Below, piece after piece: positions 7,842 to 16,447 of a stretch of DNA of 64,000 nucleotides; position 1 is the stretch's first letter, and every line of letters begins with the position of its first letter. The DNA lies in the IMG/VR virus record IMGVR_UViG_3300045988_056849, one strand, 5' to 3'. Source of the DNA: a virus. Position numbers and translations under genes: made by a program. The notes beneath the pieces were generated by a model, which saw only the letters and a list, made by a program, of their open reading frames with translations, searched no databases and was not told where the DNA came from.

Positions 7842-9074
7842 ATGGATAAGAGTAAACAAATAACTATTCCAGAGGACGTAGTAAACCCAACGGAGTATAA
7901 GAAGATGCTTGCCTTGGAGAAACATCCAATAATTCGCAACACTATCTATATAAGTAGTGAAGGAGACGAAATCAATATTGGAATGTTACCTCATAGGTTG
8001 GCAAAACATATAGAACATCTCAGTAGCAAAGAGCAAGAAGACATATTGGAACTCAAGAGAAAGTATAATCAGCTCCGAGCTAAGATAAGCACCGCAAAGT
8101 CTCTTGCCTTTGGGAGAGCAGGAAGGTATGGAGGTAAGAGCAAGGATGAATTAGCCGTATATAAACTCAGTCCGTTTGAGGAGGATATTATTGAGCTACT
8201 TGGGCGTATGTTTACCGTAGCAGAGGTTGTAAAGATAATGGGCGAGGATAACGGAGTAATTGTCAACGAGGACGATGTCAAGGGAATACTGAAGAAGCAT
8301 ATCGTTGAGATAGAGCGAAAGCGTGAGGAGTTCCGAAACCGAGTAGCAGATGTCCGACTGTATAACAAAAGACCGAGACTTGAGGAGCTTGCTTGGATGT
8401 ATTCCAAAATGAAGAATAAGTATATTGCTCTCAATTCGATTGACTCTTACAACGCAATGCTTCGTACTTTGGAGCAGATACGCAAGGAAGCAGAAGGAGA
8501 CATACTCAATATAAACGGAGTAGTTGATGTCAATATCGAAGTAACAATACAAAATCATATTCAGAAGGAAATACTCAAAACGATAAACCTCAAAGAGATT
8601 ATCTTGGGGCGTGTCGCAGCACGTATGAATTATGACCCGAAGAAATTGGTTGCTGGTTTACATAATAGCTACTATGCGAAGTTTGTCGATATATCGGGAG
8701 ACTATGACGAGAATGCTGAAATGAGCTATCCTTCCAACTCAGCTTATGACTTTGCTATGATAGAGCGTACCGCTGGACGAGAGGTAATGGATGTCAAGGC
8801 AGAAGATGTTACCGAAACGGAACACTCCTCAGCTACAAATGTCAAAGACTTGTTCTTGTCTAAGATACGCAAGCAAAAGCAAGATATGGAAGCACGTCAG
8901 GCAGGATGGGACGCAGAAGCCGAAAGGAAAAGACCTGTTGCGGAGGATGAAACTCCAATAGACCGTAGTACGAACGGACGAGGTAAAGACAAGATACCAC
9001 CGAGCAAGACGAAGGCTGGGCAGCGCAAGAATAAAGATAAGCCGTATGGTAAAGAGATAAAGACGAAGAAATAA
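7842..9074 (+). CDS. hypothetical protein (410 aa), possible HTH segment
   Basis: Long ORF with an HTH-like FTVAEVVKIMGEDNG and a basic C-terminal tail. Function not recognised. Confidence 0.65.
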   Translation: MDKSKQITIPEDVVNPTEYKKMLALEKHPIIRNTIYISSEGDEINIGMLPHRLAKHIEHLSSKEQEDILELKRKYNQLRAKISTAKSLAFGRAGRYGGKSKDELAVYKLSPFEEDIIELLGRMFTVAEVVKIMGEDNGVIVNEDDVKGILKKHIVEIERKREEFRNRVADVRLYNKRPRLEELAWMYSKMKNKYIALNSIDSYNAMLRTLEQIRKEAEGDILNINGVVDVNIEVTIQNHIQKEILKTINLKEIILGRVAARMNYDPKKLVAGLHNSYYAKFVDISGDYDENAEMSYPSNSAYDFAMIERTAGREVMDVKAEDVTETEHSSATNVKDLFLSKIRKQKQDMEARQAGWDAEAERKRPVAEDETPIDRSTNGRGKDKIPPSKTKAGQRKNKDKPYGKEIKTKK

Positions 9075-9098
9075 ATCATTGTAAAAGGCATGTAAATA

Positions 9099-9434
9099 AT
9101 GTGTACCGTTAAACCGTTCTACAAACATTACTTCTCACGAATAGATAAATGGGATGATAAGATAGCAAACAACTTTCTTGAGCTTGGTTACGCTGTTAGT
9201 ATCGTAGTACCGTTGGAGAAAGTAAAGATATGTCAACTCATTTATCAGTATATCGAAAACGACCAAGGGCGTTGGCTTGCTAAGTCCGTTATGTTTGTAG
9301 ATTTGAATTGGTACGTTCAATATAAAGCAAGGAGACTTGAGGAGCAATTCAGTAACGGAGCTTTGTCAATAGAGGACTTACAAATAACAGCTTGGGAGTT
9401 AAACAAGCAATATGATAATCTATTAAACAGTTAA
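9099..9434 (+). CDS. hypothetical protein (111 aa)
   Basis: ORF in operon context. Confidence 0.5.
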   Translation: MCTVKPFYKHYFSRIDKWDDKIANNFLELGYAVSIVVPLEKVKICQLIYQYIENDQGRWLAKSVMFVDLNWYVQYKARRLEEQFSNGALSIEDLQITAWELNKQYDNLLNS

Positions 9435-9438
9435 AGTT

Positions 9439-9651
9439 ATGGACATTCAAAAGTTTATTCAAGATAATGTTCCCAACGTAGAAGCGAGGGAAGAATTTGC
9501 GAAGTATAAGACATTGAAAGAATGTCTTGCTAACCCGAAGTTGTACGACCGTACTCAGGCAGCTTCTTTGTTTGATGAGTTCCTATATGTAAAGGATAAG
9601 TTGTTTGGGGAGGCAATGGACAATTGGTTAAAGAAACGAGGGAGTAAATAA
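9439..9651 (+). CDS. hypothetical protein (70 aa)
   Basis: ORF followed by a terminator. Confidence 0.45.
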   Translation: MDIQKFIQDNVPNVEAREEFAKYKTLKECLANPKLYDRTQAASLFDEFLYVKDKLFGEAMDNWLKKRGSK

Positions 9652-9677
9652 GCAACTTTGATATTCTATATTGTAAG

Positions 9678-9708
9678 GCTCTGGGCTGCGAAGTTCGGAG
9701 CTTTTTTA
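9678..9708 (+). terminator. rho-independent terminator
   Basis: GCTCTGGGC (9678-9686) pairs with GTTCGGAGC (9693-9701): 9 bp including G:U pairs, then TTTTTT. Confidence 0.6.
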
Positions 9709-9734
9709 TTGGTAAATTATACACCTTTTGCTAA

Positions 9735-9822
9735 ATAAAAGTTAAATATTGCCCAAAATTAAAATTTCTCCAAAAATAATTGGTAAAAAATTTTGCCGTT
9801 TCGCAAGAAGTTAGTACCTTCG
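9735..9822 (+). promoter_or_regulatory. Bacteroidota-type promoter P1 with conserved upstream box
   Basis: -33 TTTG (9792-9795), 19-nt spacer, -7 TACCTTCG (9815-9822). The upstream 24-mer ATAAAAGTTAAATATTGCCCAAAA (9735-9758) is identical to 25875-25898. Confidence 0.65.
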
Positions 9823-9871
9823 TACTGTAATTGATAACGAAATAAGTTTAACAATCAAAAAATACAAGGTC

Positions 9872-11140
9872 ATGAAAGCAATCGAATTAACAAAGAACGA
9901 AAGAGAAATTTTGAAAGCAATCGTAGCTAACGCAAAGAAGGTAGGTGATTCAGGAGTTGAGTTCATTCTTCAGGACGTAGCGAGAGAAACTGGTAAATCT
10001 ATCCGAAGCGTATCAGCAACAACTGGAAGCCTTGCTAAGAAAGGTATGTTGCTAACCGCTAATGGAGACAGCTACTTCGATGGAGAACTCACAGAAGCTG
10101 GACTTCATGAAGTAGAAAGTAGCAAGGTTAATAACAATCAAGAAGTAAAAACTCAATCAAATAAATCAAAGAATATGGCAACAAAAGCAAACAAGACCGT
10201 AAAGGTGGAAGACAGCAAGAGTGTAACGAACGCAGTTGATAACTTCGATGCTCCTGTAATGGACGAGCGTATCTTGAAGTTGAACGAATTGAAAGCTGTG
10301 AAGATGGCTAACCTATCGAAAGGCAAAAGACCTGCTGCAAAGGAAGCAAAAGAACTTGCTACCTATATTCTCAACAACTGGGATAATCTTGCCGAGTTGA
10401 AGAATATCAAGAGCGAGGATGTAACGAATGAAGACCTTCAGAATATCTTGTCCAGTCGTTTGAAGAATTTTGAAGACGCAAGCAAAGCAGCGGAGAAAGC
10501 GGTCAAAGAAGCAGAAAAGGCTGAGAAAGCTCCGAAGGCGAAAACCGAGAAGAAGGAAACGAAGAAAGCTGCCCCTGCTAAGTCAAAGAAGGCTGATAGC
10601 AAGAAAGCAGAGCCGAAAGCGAAGGAAGAGAAGAAGGATGAACCGAAGGTGGCTAAAACTGCCCGCAAAGTGGGAGACGTTCACCCGAAGCACCCGACTT
10701 GGGTATGGACTGAGTACGCTGAAGGAAAGTTCGATTGGAGAACCAATCCAGCCGACAAGAAGCAAGGTCAGAGAACGGACAAGGCAGCGACTTCTGAAAT
10801 GAAGTCCGAGCCGAAAAAAGCAGCCGTGAGTAAGAAGGCTGTTGCTAAGGAGACAAACAAAAAGGTGGCCAAAGGTGGTAAGGTTGAAAAAGAAGCTCCG
10901 AAGGAATTGACAATTGACGAGTTCGTTGCTTTACCTTCTAAGAGTGCGAGAGGCAACAAGAAACCGAGCGAAGCCCAAAAGGAAGCATTAAAACTTGTTA
11001 TGAAAGGCTACCGAGTAACCGCTGACCATAAGTTCTTTGAGAACGCAGAAGGTGATAAGAAAGCGTGTAATTGGGATAGCGTAGTTGCTATGCTGAAGAG
11101 ATACGGAATGGAGTACATACCAGTTGGACTTGTAAAGTAA
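9872..11140 (+). CDS. winged-helix + histone H1-like Lys/Ala-rich DNA-binding protein
   Basis: N-terminal wHTH-like ILKAIVANAKK...ARETGKSIRSVSATTGSLAKKGML. Central KAAEKAVKEAEKAEKAPKAKTEKKETKKAAPAKSKKADSKKAEPKAKEEKK. Also carries the VGDVHPKHPTWVWTEYAEGKFDWR module. Confidence 0.7.
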   Translation: MKAIELTKNEREILKAIVANAKKVGDSGVEFILQDVARETGKSIRSVSATTGSLAKKGMLLTANGDSYFDGELTEAGLHEVESSKVNNNQEVKTQSNKSKNMATKANKTVKVEDSKSVTNAVDNFDAPVMDERILKLNELKAVKMANLSKGKRPAAKEAKELATYILNNWDNLAELKNIKSEDVTNEDLQNILSSRLKNFEDASKAAEKAVKEAEKAEKAPKAKTEKKETKKAAPAKSKKADSKKAEPKAKEEKKDEPKVAKTARKVGDVHPKHPTWVWTEYAEGKFDWRTNPADKKQGQRTDKAATSEMKSEPKKAAVSKKAVAKETNKKVAKGGKVEKEAPKELTIDEFVALPSKSARGNKKPSEAQKEALKLVMKGYRVTADHKFFENAEGDKKACNWDSVVAMLKRYGMEYIPVGLVK

Positions 11141-11628
11141 TGATAGCAACAAAAGAAAATAGCCTGATTGTAGAACTCCGCACCTTTGCTAAGCTAATAG
11201 GAGAAGAAGGAAGACAAGCGGAGTTCTACCGTCAGATGCTAAAAGACGCAAAGCCCATAGAGGTTGTACGATTATCGGATGTATTCACGGAAACCGAGAT
11301 AAAAGCAATAAAGAAGTTCGTCAAGCCTCAAGTCAAGGAATGTTTCCGCAACGCAACTCTATTCGCTCATATCTTCCCAGAGGTCAAATATGTCGAAGGC
11401 AAGATGACGGTTTGCGGTACGTTCGGAACGGAGCATGCTTGGAATAAGGTAGGCGACAAGTACGTTGATATCACTATGGAGCTTGCTTTACAACGAGACC
11501 CAACGAAAGAGGAGTATATGGCTTTGGGAGAGTATGACCAAGAAACCGTTGTTAGCATCTGTTCTGAGGTAGGCTTCTATGGTAGTGTGTATCCGATATT
11601 GTATAACAAACAAAATTCCGAGAAATGA
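11140..11628 (+). CDS. possible papain-fold (transglutaminase-like) protein
   Basis: C...H...D arrangement: KECFRNATLFAH ... TEHAWNKVGDKYVDIT. Motif-level only. Confidence 0.35.
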   Translation: MIATKENSLIVELRTFAKLIGEEGRQAEFYRQMLKDAKPIEVVRLSDVFTETEIKAIKKFVKPQVKECFRNATLFAHIFPEVKYVEGKMTVCGTFGTEHAWNKVGDKYVDITMELALQRDPTKEEYMALGEYDQETVVSICSEVGFYGSVYPILYNKQNSEK

Positions 11629-11691
11629 AAAAGTTTGAATATTTGAGATTATCTTACAGCGTAGTTCAACCTTGTAAGAAAGAGGTAAAAG

Positions 11692-11910
11692 ATGGACAAG
11701 AAATATAATATAGCAAAAGCTATCAACATACTGGTATGTATGGGTATAGTAGTAGCGATAATGCTTTGTGCGTACAATGCTTGGAGCCTGAACGGTGAAT
11801 ATACTTTATTCAGTTTCTTTGCTTCTTTGGTAATGCACGGAGGATTGGGAATAATGATATATTGCGGAGTTGATTGGATACTCCGCAGAGTGTTTCACCA
11901 AATTAAGTAA
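11692..11910 (+). CDS. small membrane protein (2 predicted TM segments)
   Basis: Hydrophobic stretches ILVCMGIVVAIMLCAY and LVMHGGLGIMIYCGV. Confidence 0.5.
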   Translation: MDKKYNIAKAINILVCMGIVVAIMLCAYNAWSLNGEYTLFSFFASLVMHGGLGIMIYCGVDWILRRVFHQIK

Positions 11911-11912
11911 AG

Positions 11913-12158
11913 ATGAAAAAATTGATTATGTTGCTAATGTTAATCATAGCCTCAAGTTGCGGGATTAACAGATACCAACCAGTTCAGAACGAAGAAAGAA
12001 CAGATGTAATAAAACAAGAGATTAAAGAAGAGCCGAGAGAAGGACAAATAACAATAATCGAAGTACCACGTCAGAAGTTTACGAGAGAACAAAGAATAAT
12101 GTTAAACAAAATAAAAGAACAAGCAGAAGATGTCGAATTTGAAGAAATTCAAGGTTAA
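11913..12158 (+). CDS. small lipoprotein
   Basis: Signal peptide plus lipobox, MKKLIMLLMLIIASSCG. Confidence 0.55.
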   Translation: MKKLIMLLMLIIASSCGINRYQPVQNEERTDVIKQEIKEEPREGQITIIEVPRQKFTREQRIMLNKIKEQAEDVEFEEIQG

Positions 12159-12315
12159 GTTCTTTGGTAGCAAACACCGTAAAGAACAAATCAAACAAGT
12201 TAAAAATCTTATCGTTGACGCTCCGAAGAGAGAAGCAGTTGAGGACGTTCTGCGTCACCAATACGGCTACGAGGTAATCAACGGATTGAAAATTCACGAT
12301 TATGAAGGAGAATGA
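12130..12315 (+). CDS. hypothetical protein (61 aa)
   Basis: Overlaps the upstream gene by 29 nt. Short, so uncertain. Confidence 0.35.
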   Translation: MSNLKKFKVKFFGSKHRKEQIKQVKNLIVDAPKREAVEDVLRHQYGYEVINGLKIHDYEGE

Positions 12316-12769
12316 AAACATTGACCCTATGCTTGAGGCGAAAGCTACTTGCTTGGGAGGTTGTCTGACTATGGTAGTCATGGGCGTATTATTAGCAATA
12401 GTCCTATTCCTTACCAGCTGTAACGGAGCTTTTGAACGCAAAGACCCAAGGGCAGTAACGTATCGGGAGAAGGTAAGTGATACAGATACTTCGGATATAT
12501 GGAGAAACGTCACCTATGAGCTTGTAAGTGTGTCGTATGATACTGTTCCGAAGGTACGGAGGGAACGAAGTACCATAGAGCCTGAAATTTTAGCTCCGAA
12601 GGTTCAGACCATACCGAAAGACCGTGTTGATTTGAACGATTATCTTGGAGACCCAGACGATGGTACTGATTGGAATTACACCGAGATAGACGAAGAGGCA
12701 GAAAAGTATCTTGATGACTTGGGAATTTATTGGGATAGCGACAAAGAATATTGGAGGAAAAGAAAATGA
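12302..12769 (+). CDS. membrane-anchored or lipoprotein-like protein
   Basis: TM/signal segment CLGGCLTMVVMGVLLAIVLFLTSCNG, then an acidic ectodomain. Confidence 0.5.
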   Translation: MKENENIDPMLEAKATCLGGCLTMVVMGVLLAIVLFLTSCNGAFERKDPRAVTYREKVSDTDTSDIWRNVTYELVSVSYDTVPKVRRERSTIEPEILAPKVQTIPKDRVDLNDYLGDPDDGTDWNYTEIDEEAEKYLDDLGIYWDSDKEYWRKRK

Positions 12770-13050
12770 GCAAAATCTACGGAGTTTATATGGCGTACAC
12801 TAAATATGAAGTATTGCCTGATGAGGAGTGCAACAATCCAGACATTCCTAAATACCCACCCGAAATAGCGAGAGTGAGAATGTACGACAATAAGCAAGCA
12901 CAAATGGATGCTTATGCTAATACGATGTGTCCTGCTTCTCAATGTTTTGAAGCCGATACGAAAGAAGAGGCAGACAAAATAGTTGAGGACTACAAAAAGA
13001 AGTTCCAAGATAAGGCTTGGCTTGAGGAAAACATAGAGCCGTATATTTGA
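12766..13050 (+). CDS. hypothetical protein (94 aa)
   Basis: ATGA overlap (ATG 12766 / TGA 12767-12769). Confidence 0.5.
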   Translation: MSKIYGVYMAYTKYEVLPDEECNNPDIPKYPPEIARVRMYDNKQAQMDAYANTMCPASQCFEADTKEEADKIVEDYKKKFQDKAWLEENIEPYI

Positions 13051-13059
13051 TATCAAAGC

Positions 13060-13151
13060 GTTAAATTTTGGGCATTTTTAGTTAAAAGCGAAATTTCTAC
13101 AAAGATTTTTCGCTTTTTATTTTGCCGTTTGCGAAATAGTTTCTACCTTCG
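13060..13151 (+). promoter_or_regulatory. Bacteroidota-type promoter P2
   Basis: GTTAAATTTTGGGCA box. 10-bp hairpin AAAAGCGAAA/TTTCGCTTTT (13084-13117). -33 TTTG (13121-13124), 19-nt spacer, -7 TACCTTCG (13144-13151). Confidence 0.6.
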
Positions 13152-13179
13152 TACCAGATAACAATTAAAACATACGGTT

Positions 13180-13539
13180 ATGGCAGTTTATAGAGAAGGT
13201 TACAAAGCTATCGAAGCTATCGAAGCTATAAAAAGAGCAAGTAAGAGAATTTACAATGACGCTTGCGACTATGGTGCTCCAACCAAGAAAGGAGACGTGA
13301 TTTGGAACTATGCTAAACAACTATGCGATTGGTACGGAGTAGAGGGAACAAGGAAGGAGAGCCGATACAGCACTGGTTGTACTCTTACTCAGGACGTAAA
13401 ATTGATAGACGAATGGGCTGTAAGTGACGAACGCAAGACTTTATCTCAAGCGACCGAGATTTATACAGTTACCTTCGTGACTTGCTCAGATGGTCAATGT
13501 AAAGGCATGAACGGATATATTTACATAACAAAGAAATAA
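13180..13539 (+). CDS. hypothetical protein (119 aa), first gene after P2
   Basis: ORF 29 nt downstream of the -7 box. Cys-rich. No motif recognised. Confidence 0.55.
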   Translation: MAVYREGYKAIEAIEAIKRASKRIYNDACDYGAPTKKGDVIWNYAKQLCDWYGVEGTRKESRYSTGCTLTQDVKLIDEWAVSDERKTLSQATEIYTVTFVTCSDGQCKGMNGYIYITKK

Positions 13540-13543
13540 ACAT

Positions 13544-13846
13544 ATGGGACTTATTATTTTGAACGAACAGGAAAAGAAGGATTTATTGGTATTGTTGAAA
13601 AGCTCCGATAACGAGTGTTATGATAACATTATCAAGAAACTGAGAAAAAAGCCTATTTGGAAACGTATCTTGTATGTACTTGACGGGCGTTTCGGCAATA
13701 AAGTATTAAAGGAACAATACAGAGGATGGTGGCGACTATTCACCTATGGTACATTGGTTATCCTATTTATAAGGTTTGTAATGTTTCCTTTCTTTCAATG
13801 GTGGGATGGAGTTGTAAGTTTTCTGAACTATGTAATTTGGGGATGA
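13544..13846 (+). CDS. membrane protein (100 aa)
   Basis: C-terminal hydrophobic WWRLFTYGTLVILFIRFVMFPFF. Confidence 0.5.
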   Translation: MGLIILNEQEKKDLLVLLKSSDNECYDNIIKKLRKKPIWKRILYVLDGRFGNKVLKEQYRGWWRLFTYGTLVILFIRFVMFPFFQWWDGVVSFLNYVIWG

Positions 13847-13847
13847 T

Positions 13848-14147
13848 ATGACTCATAAGGAAATACTATCCGAGATTGATTGGGAGGTAAAGAAGCAAGA
13901 ACGCTTCTTGAACCTTGTAGGCAGAGCCAATCGAATGAAGCCCAAAGATAGGGAAGCCGTTTTGAAGAACGCTTGTTGGGTAGATGGTACGGTTGAAGGA
14001 CAAGTCCAGTATTGTTTAAGGAAGAGAGAAAAACTGCTGAAGGCTTATAGAAAGTTATATGATAAGTGGATTAATATAAAAAGACCATTCAAATACTCAA
14101 TATTTGATGATAAAACAAAAAAAGATGATTTGCGAGACAAACATTAA
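13848..14147 (+). CDS. hypothetical protein (99 aa)
   Basis: Starts 2 nt after the previous stop. Confidence 0.5.
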   Translation: MTHKEILSEIDWEVKKQERFLNLVGRANRMKPKDREAVLKNACWVDGTVEGQVQYCLRKREKLLKAYRKLYDKWINIKRPFKYSIFDDKTKKDDLRDKH

Positions 14148-14364
14148 ACCGCTTCTTCATCAACTTCAAACTTGGGAAGAAACTGATGACCCAAACATTA
14201 GAGTTTTGAAACAAACTAAAACGGTTTATGTTGATAATAGATACGAAGCTAAATTGAGATTATTCAATTATATACGTTATACCAAAAACGGTTTAGAAAT
14301 CCCAAAATATGAACCTTATAAAAATACTGAAATAGGTAAAACAGTTCCCATACTTAATTTTTGA
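14125..14364 (+). CDS. hypothetical protein (start uncertain: 14104, 14107 or 14125)
   Basis: Last ORF of the operon, followed by a large stem-loop. Confidence 0.4.
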   Translation: MICETNIKPLLHQLQTWEETDDPNIRVLKQTKTVYVDNRYEAKLRLFNYIRYTKNGLEIPKYEPYKNTEIGKTVPILNF

Positions 14365-14383
14365 ATCCAAACACATAGCAAGG

Positions 14384-14450
14384 TTGCTCGTGAACTCCAA
14401 CCTTCGGGGTGATAAAAGACTTCGGAGGAGAAAGCGGAACTCACGAGCAA
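14384..14450 (+). other. 67-nt compound stem-loop (operon terminator or small structured RNA)
   Basis: TTGCTCGTGA (14384-14393) pairs perfectly with TCACGAGCAA (14441-14450). The interior contains two CTTCGG motifs (CC-UUCG-GG tetraloop hairpin). Followed by TCATATTTTAATT. Confidence 0.5.
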
Positions 14451-14513
14451 TCATATTTTAATTGCCTGACGAAACGTAACAATACCAAAGATAACCGCCA
14501 AAATAATTTTGCT

Positions 14514-14650
14514 ATAAGGGGGTGTTTAGGGGGATATTCTGCGTGAGCGTACATGTACATACGTAAGCAAAAAAACTTTCTTATCAGAAATAAAGACATA
14601 ACAAATAATTGAGAACTTTCTTTGCTACTTTCTTTGGTTCATAAGGGGGT
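14514..14650 (+). repeat. non-coding repeat cluster (ATAAGGGGGT x2, GTACATGTAC palindrome, ACTTTCTT x3)
   Basis: ATAAGGGGGT at 14514-14523 and 14641-14650. TAGGGGGA at 14527-14534. Perfect palindrome GTACATGTAC at 14549-14558. ACTTTCTTA at 14575-14583 and ACTTTCTTTG at 14615-14624 and 14627-14636. Confidence 0.7.
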
Positions 14651-14695
14651 AACCATCAAAGTTATCCTACCCAGTATGTATAAAAAATTGTAAAT

Positions 14696-15274
14696 ATGAA
14701 TTGGATTAAGAAATTTGCTCAATGGCTTCTATCGGAGGAACTTGCCGAAGAAAGGAAGCATTATCAGAAAATCAATGACGACCTACGAGCCGACAAGGAA
14801 GCATTGGAAAAATCGAACGAAGGTTTGAGACGTTTAGCATTCGGGAGACGTAAACACCTTGTATCTCAATTAATGCTTGAGTGTATAGTAAAGTGCTTAC
14901 CAGACCCAAATGCCGTAGGAACAGGAGGCATAACCGCTTCGGACATCAAATTGCGTAACATGGGTTTTGTAGATGAGATTGGTGGAAGGAAGTACGACCA
15001 TAAGTGCTTCGTCAAGGAAATAACAGCTCACGAAGGAGAGCGAGGAGCGATTGTCCACATAACCGACTACAACATGAATATCTTCATTCCGCTGAGAAAG
15101 GAGAATGTCAGTTATGAGATGTACGGTGTTCAAACCGCAATTGAGACTTACTTCTGGGACTTTTATGGAGCAGGGTTAAGGATGTTAAGTGCGGAAGCAT
15201 GGGCGATGGCTACGGAGTTCATACGAGCACAAAACAATGTATTGAAAGAATTTAGAGAACAAGGATTGTTATGA
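14696..15274 (+). CDS. hypothetical protein (192 aa)
   Basis: ATTGTAAAT leader immediately before the ATG. N-terminal coiled-coil-like segment. Confidence 0.6.
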   Translation: MNWIKKFAQWLLSEELAEERKHYQKINDDLRADKEALEKSNEGLRRLAFGRRKHLVSQLMLECIVKCLPDPNAVGTGGITASDIKLRNMGFVDEIGGRKYDHKCFVKEITAHEGERGAIVHITDYNMNIFIPLRKENVSYEMYGVQTAIETYFWDFYGAGLRMLSAEAWAMATEFIRAQNNVLKEFREQGLL

Positions 15275-15693
15275 AAGTAAGAGTCAGTCAAATACCCGAA
15301 GAAAGCGGCAAGCCGAAGTATCAAAAGAAGATGAAAACCACGACAAAGAAGGCAAAGGACTTCGATGACGAGGAAGATGATGACGACTTTGGAGAGGAGC
15401 CTGAGGAGGACGAGCCGAAACGGTTGAAGAAAACAATGATTAACTTCGGAGAGGAGGGAATTGTTATATCAGCCTACGATTTGAACTGCATTGAGAAGGA
15501 TATGCGATTTGTAGAGAAACCGACCGCTCACTGGGAGTTCGGTATCACGATAAACAAAGGACTCAATCCAGGGCAGTTCATCAACAAAACGGACTTATCT
15601 ATGTGGTATATCAAGGAGGAAGTCAGAGACCGAAAATGGGACAGACTGATGGAACTCCTGAAATTAGAAGGTCTCAACGTTATTGAAGTGTAA
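15271..15693 (+). CDS. hypothetical acidic protein (140 aa)
   Basis: ATGA overlap. DFDDEEDDDDFGEEPEEDEP tract. Confidence 0.55.
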   Translation: MKVRVSQIPEESGKPKYQKKMKTTTKKAKDFDDEEDDDDFGEEPEEDEPKRLKKTMINFGEEGIVISAYDLNCIEKDMRFVEKPTAHWEFGITINKGLNPGQFINKTDLSMWYIKEEVRDRKWDRLMELLKLEGLNVIEV

Positions 15694-15697
15694 GTAA

Positions 15698-15707
15698 ACA
15701 GTTATAG
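15698..15707 (+). promoter_or_regulatory. ACAGTTATAG box, copy 1
   Basis: Exact 10-mer, 37 nt upstream of the HU gene ATG 15745. Flank AAACAGTTATAGTA. Confidence 0.6.
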
Positions 15708-15744
15708 TACCGTTACATTTTGTTAAATTTAATTGTAAAGAAAA

Positions 15745-16047
15745 ATGAAAAAGTATGAATTGGTAGCCGCAGTGGCTAAGGAAACTGGGATGACCCAGAC
15801 AGACGTGAACAAAGTAATCGACGCAATGTGTCCTGTAATCGTAAAGGCTTGCGTTGAGGATGGTGACGAAGTGAACCTGCCTACTCTTGGTAAGTTCAAA
15901 CAGAAGGTCAACCCTGCTCGCAAGGGCATCAATCCGTTGACCAAGAAACCGATGGATGTGCCTGAGAGTCATACGTTGAAGTTCACACCGACAACAACTA
16001 TCAAGAAGGTTATTCAGCCCAAAGCAGCAAAGAAAGCTAAAAAGTAA
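15745..16047 (+). CDS. HU/IHF-family DNA-binding protein
   Basis: MKKYELVAAVAKETGMTQTDVNKVIDAM...LPTLGKFKQKVNPARKGINPLTKKPMDVPESHTLKFTP (beta-arm RxGxNP). Confidence 0.85.
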   Translation: MKKYELVAAVAKETGMTQTDVNKVIDAMCPVIVKACVEDGDEVNLPTLGKFKQKVNPARKGINPLTKKPMDVPESHTLKFTPTTTIKKVIQPKAAKKAKK

Positions 16048-16072
16048 GCGAATACCCGAATGACGAGAGAAT

Positions 16073-16113
16073 GGAGATTGGCGAATAATGTTTGCTTTTC
16101 TCCGTTTCTTTTT
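16073..16113 (+). terminator. weak terminator-like hairpin
   Basis: GGAGA (16073-16077) pairs with TCTCC (16099-16103) across a large loop, then GTTTCTTTTT. Confidence 0.3.
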
Positions 16114-16155
16114 CTCCCAAAGTTTATAATTACAATTTAACAAAAGCAGAATGTA

Positions 16156-16446
16156 ATGAAAGCAATAACAACGAAAGAAAAGTTACCAAAGTTTCTTGTA
16201 GTGAATGCCGAAGCTCCGAGCAAGCCTTGGAATAAGTATTTGCTGAAACCTTACGAGAAAGGTGAAATTGTGAAAGTCGCTCCGTTTGAAGAACAAGTAT
16301 CTCACCCCAGCGTTGGTTCAACTCCTGAACAGTTCCGCAAAAGATACGTTGTTATATATCGTAAAGATGAAGAAGGCAAATGGACGCTGAAATATACACA
16401 AGGATGGGAATCATTTGATTTATTAACAACAATAAAAAAGAAGTAG
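16156..16446 (+). CDS. hypothetical protein (96 aa)
   Basis: ORF in operon context. Confidence 0.5.
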   Translation: MKAITTKEKLPKFLVVNAEAPSKPWNKYLLKPYEKGEIVKVAPFEEQVSHPSVGSTPEQFRKRYVVIYRKDEEGKWTLKYTQGWESFDLLTTIKKK

Positions 16447-16447
16447 T

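Noticed and set aside
10470-10802. 110-aa Arg/Lys-rich ORF (MKTQAKQRRKRSKKQKRLRK...) in an alternative + frame
   Set aside because: It lies wholly inside the Lys/Ala/Glu low-complexity tract of 9872..11140. AAG/GAA-rich DNA is open in several frames, so this is a frame shadow and not a gene. The same applies to the minus-strand ORFs 10438..10668, 10583..10765 and 10768..10959.
14365-14695. Possible tRNA or tmRNA in the large intergenic region
   Set aside because: The 10-bp closing stem and UUCG hairpins do not form a cloverleaf. There is no 7-bp acceptor, no GG D-loop and no GTTCRAnnC T-loop. I could not find a T-loop consensus in any intergenic region of the window.
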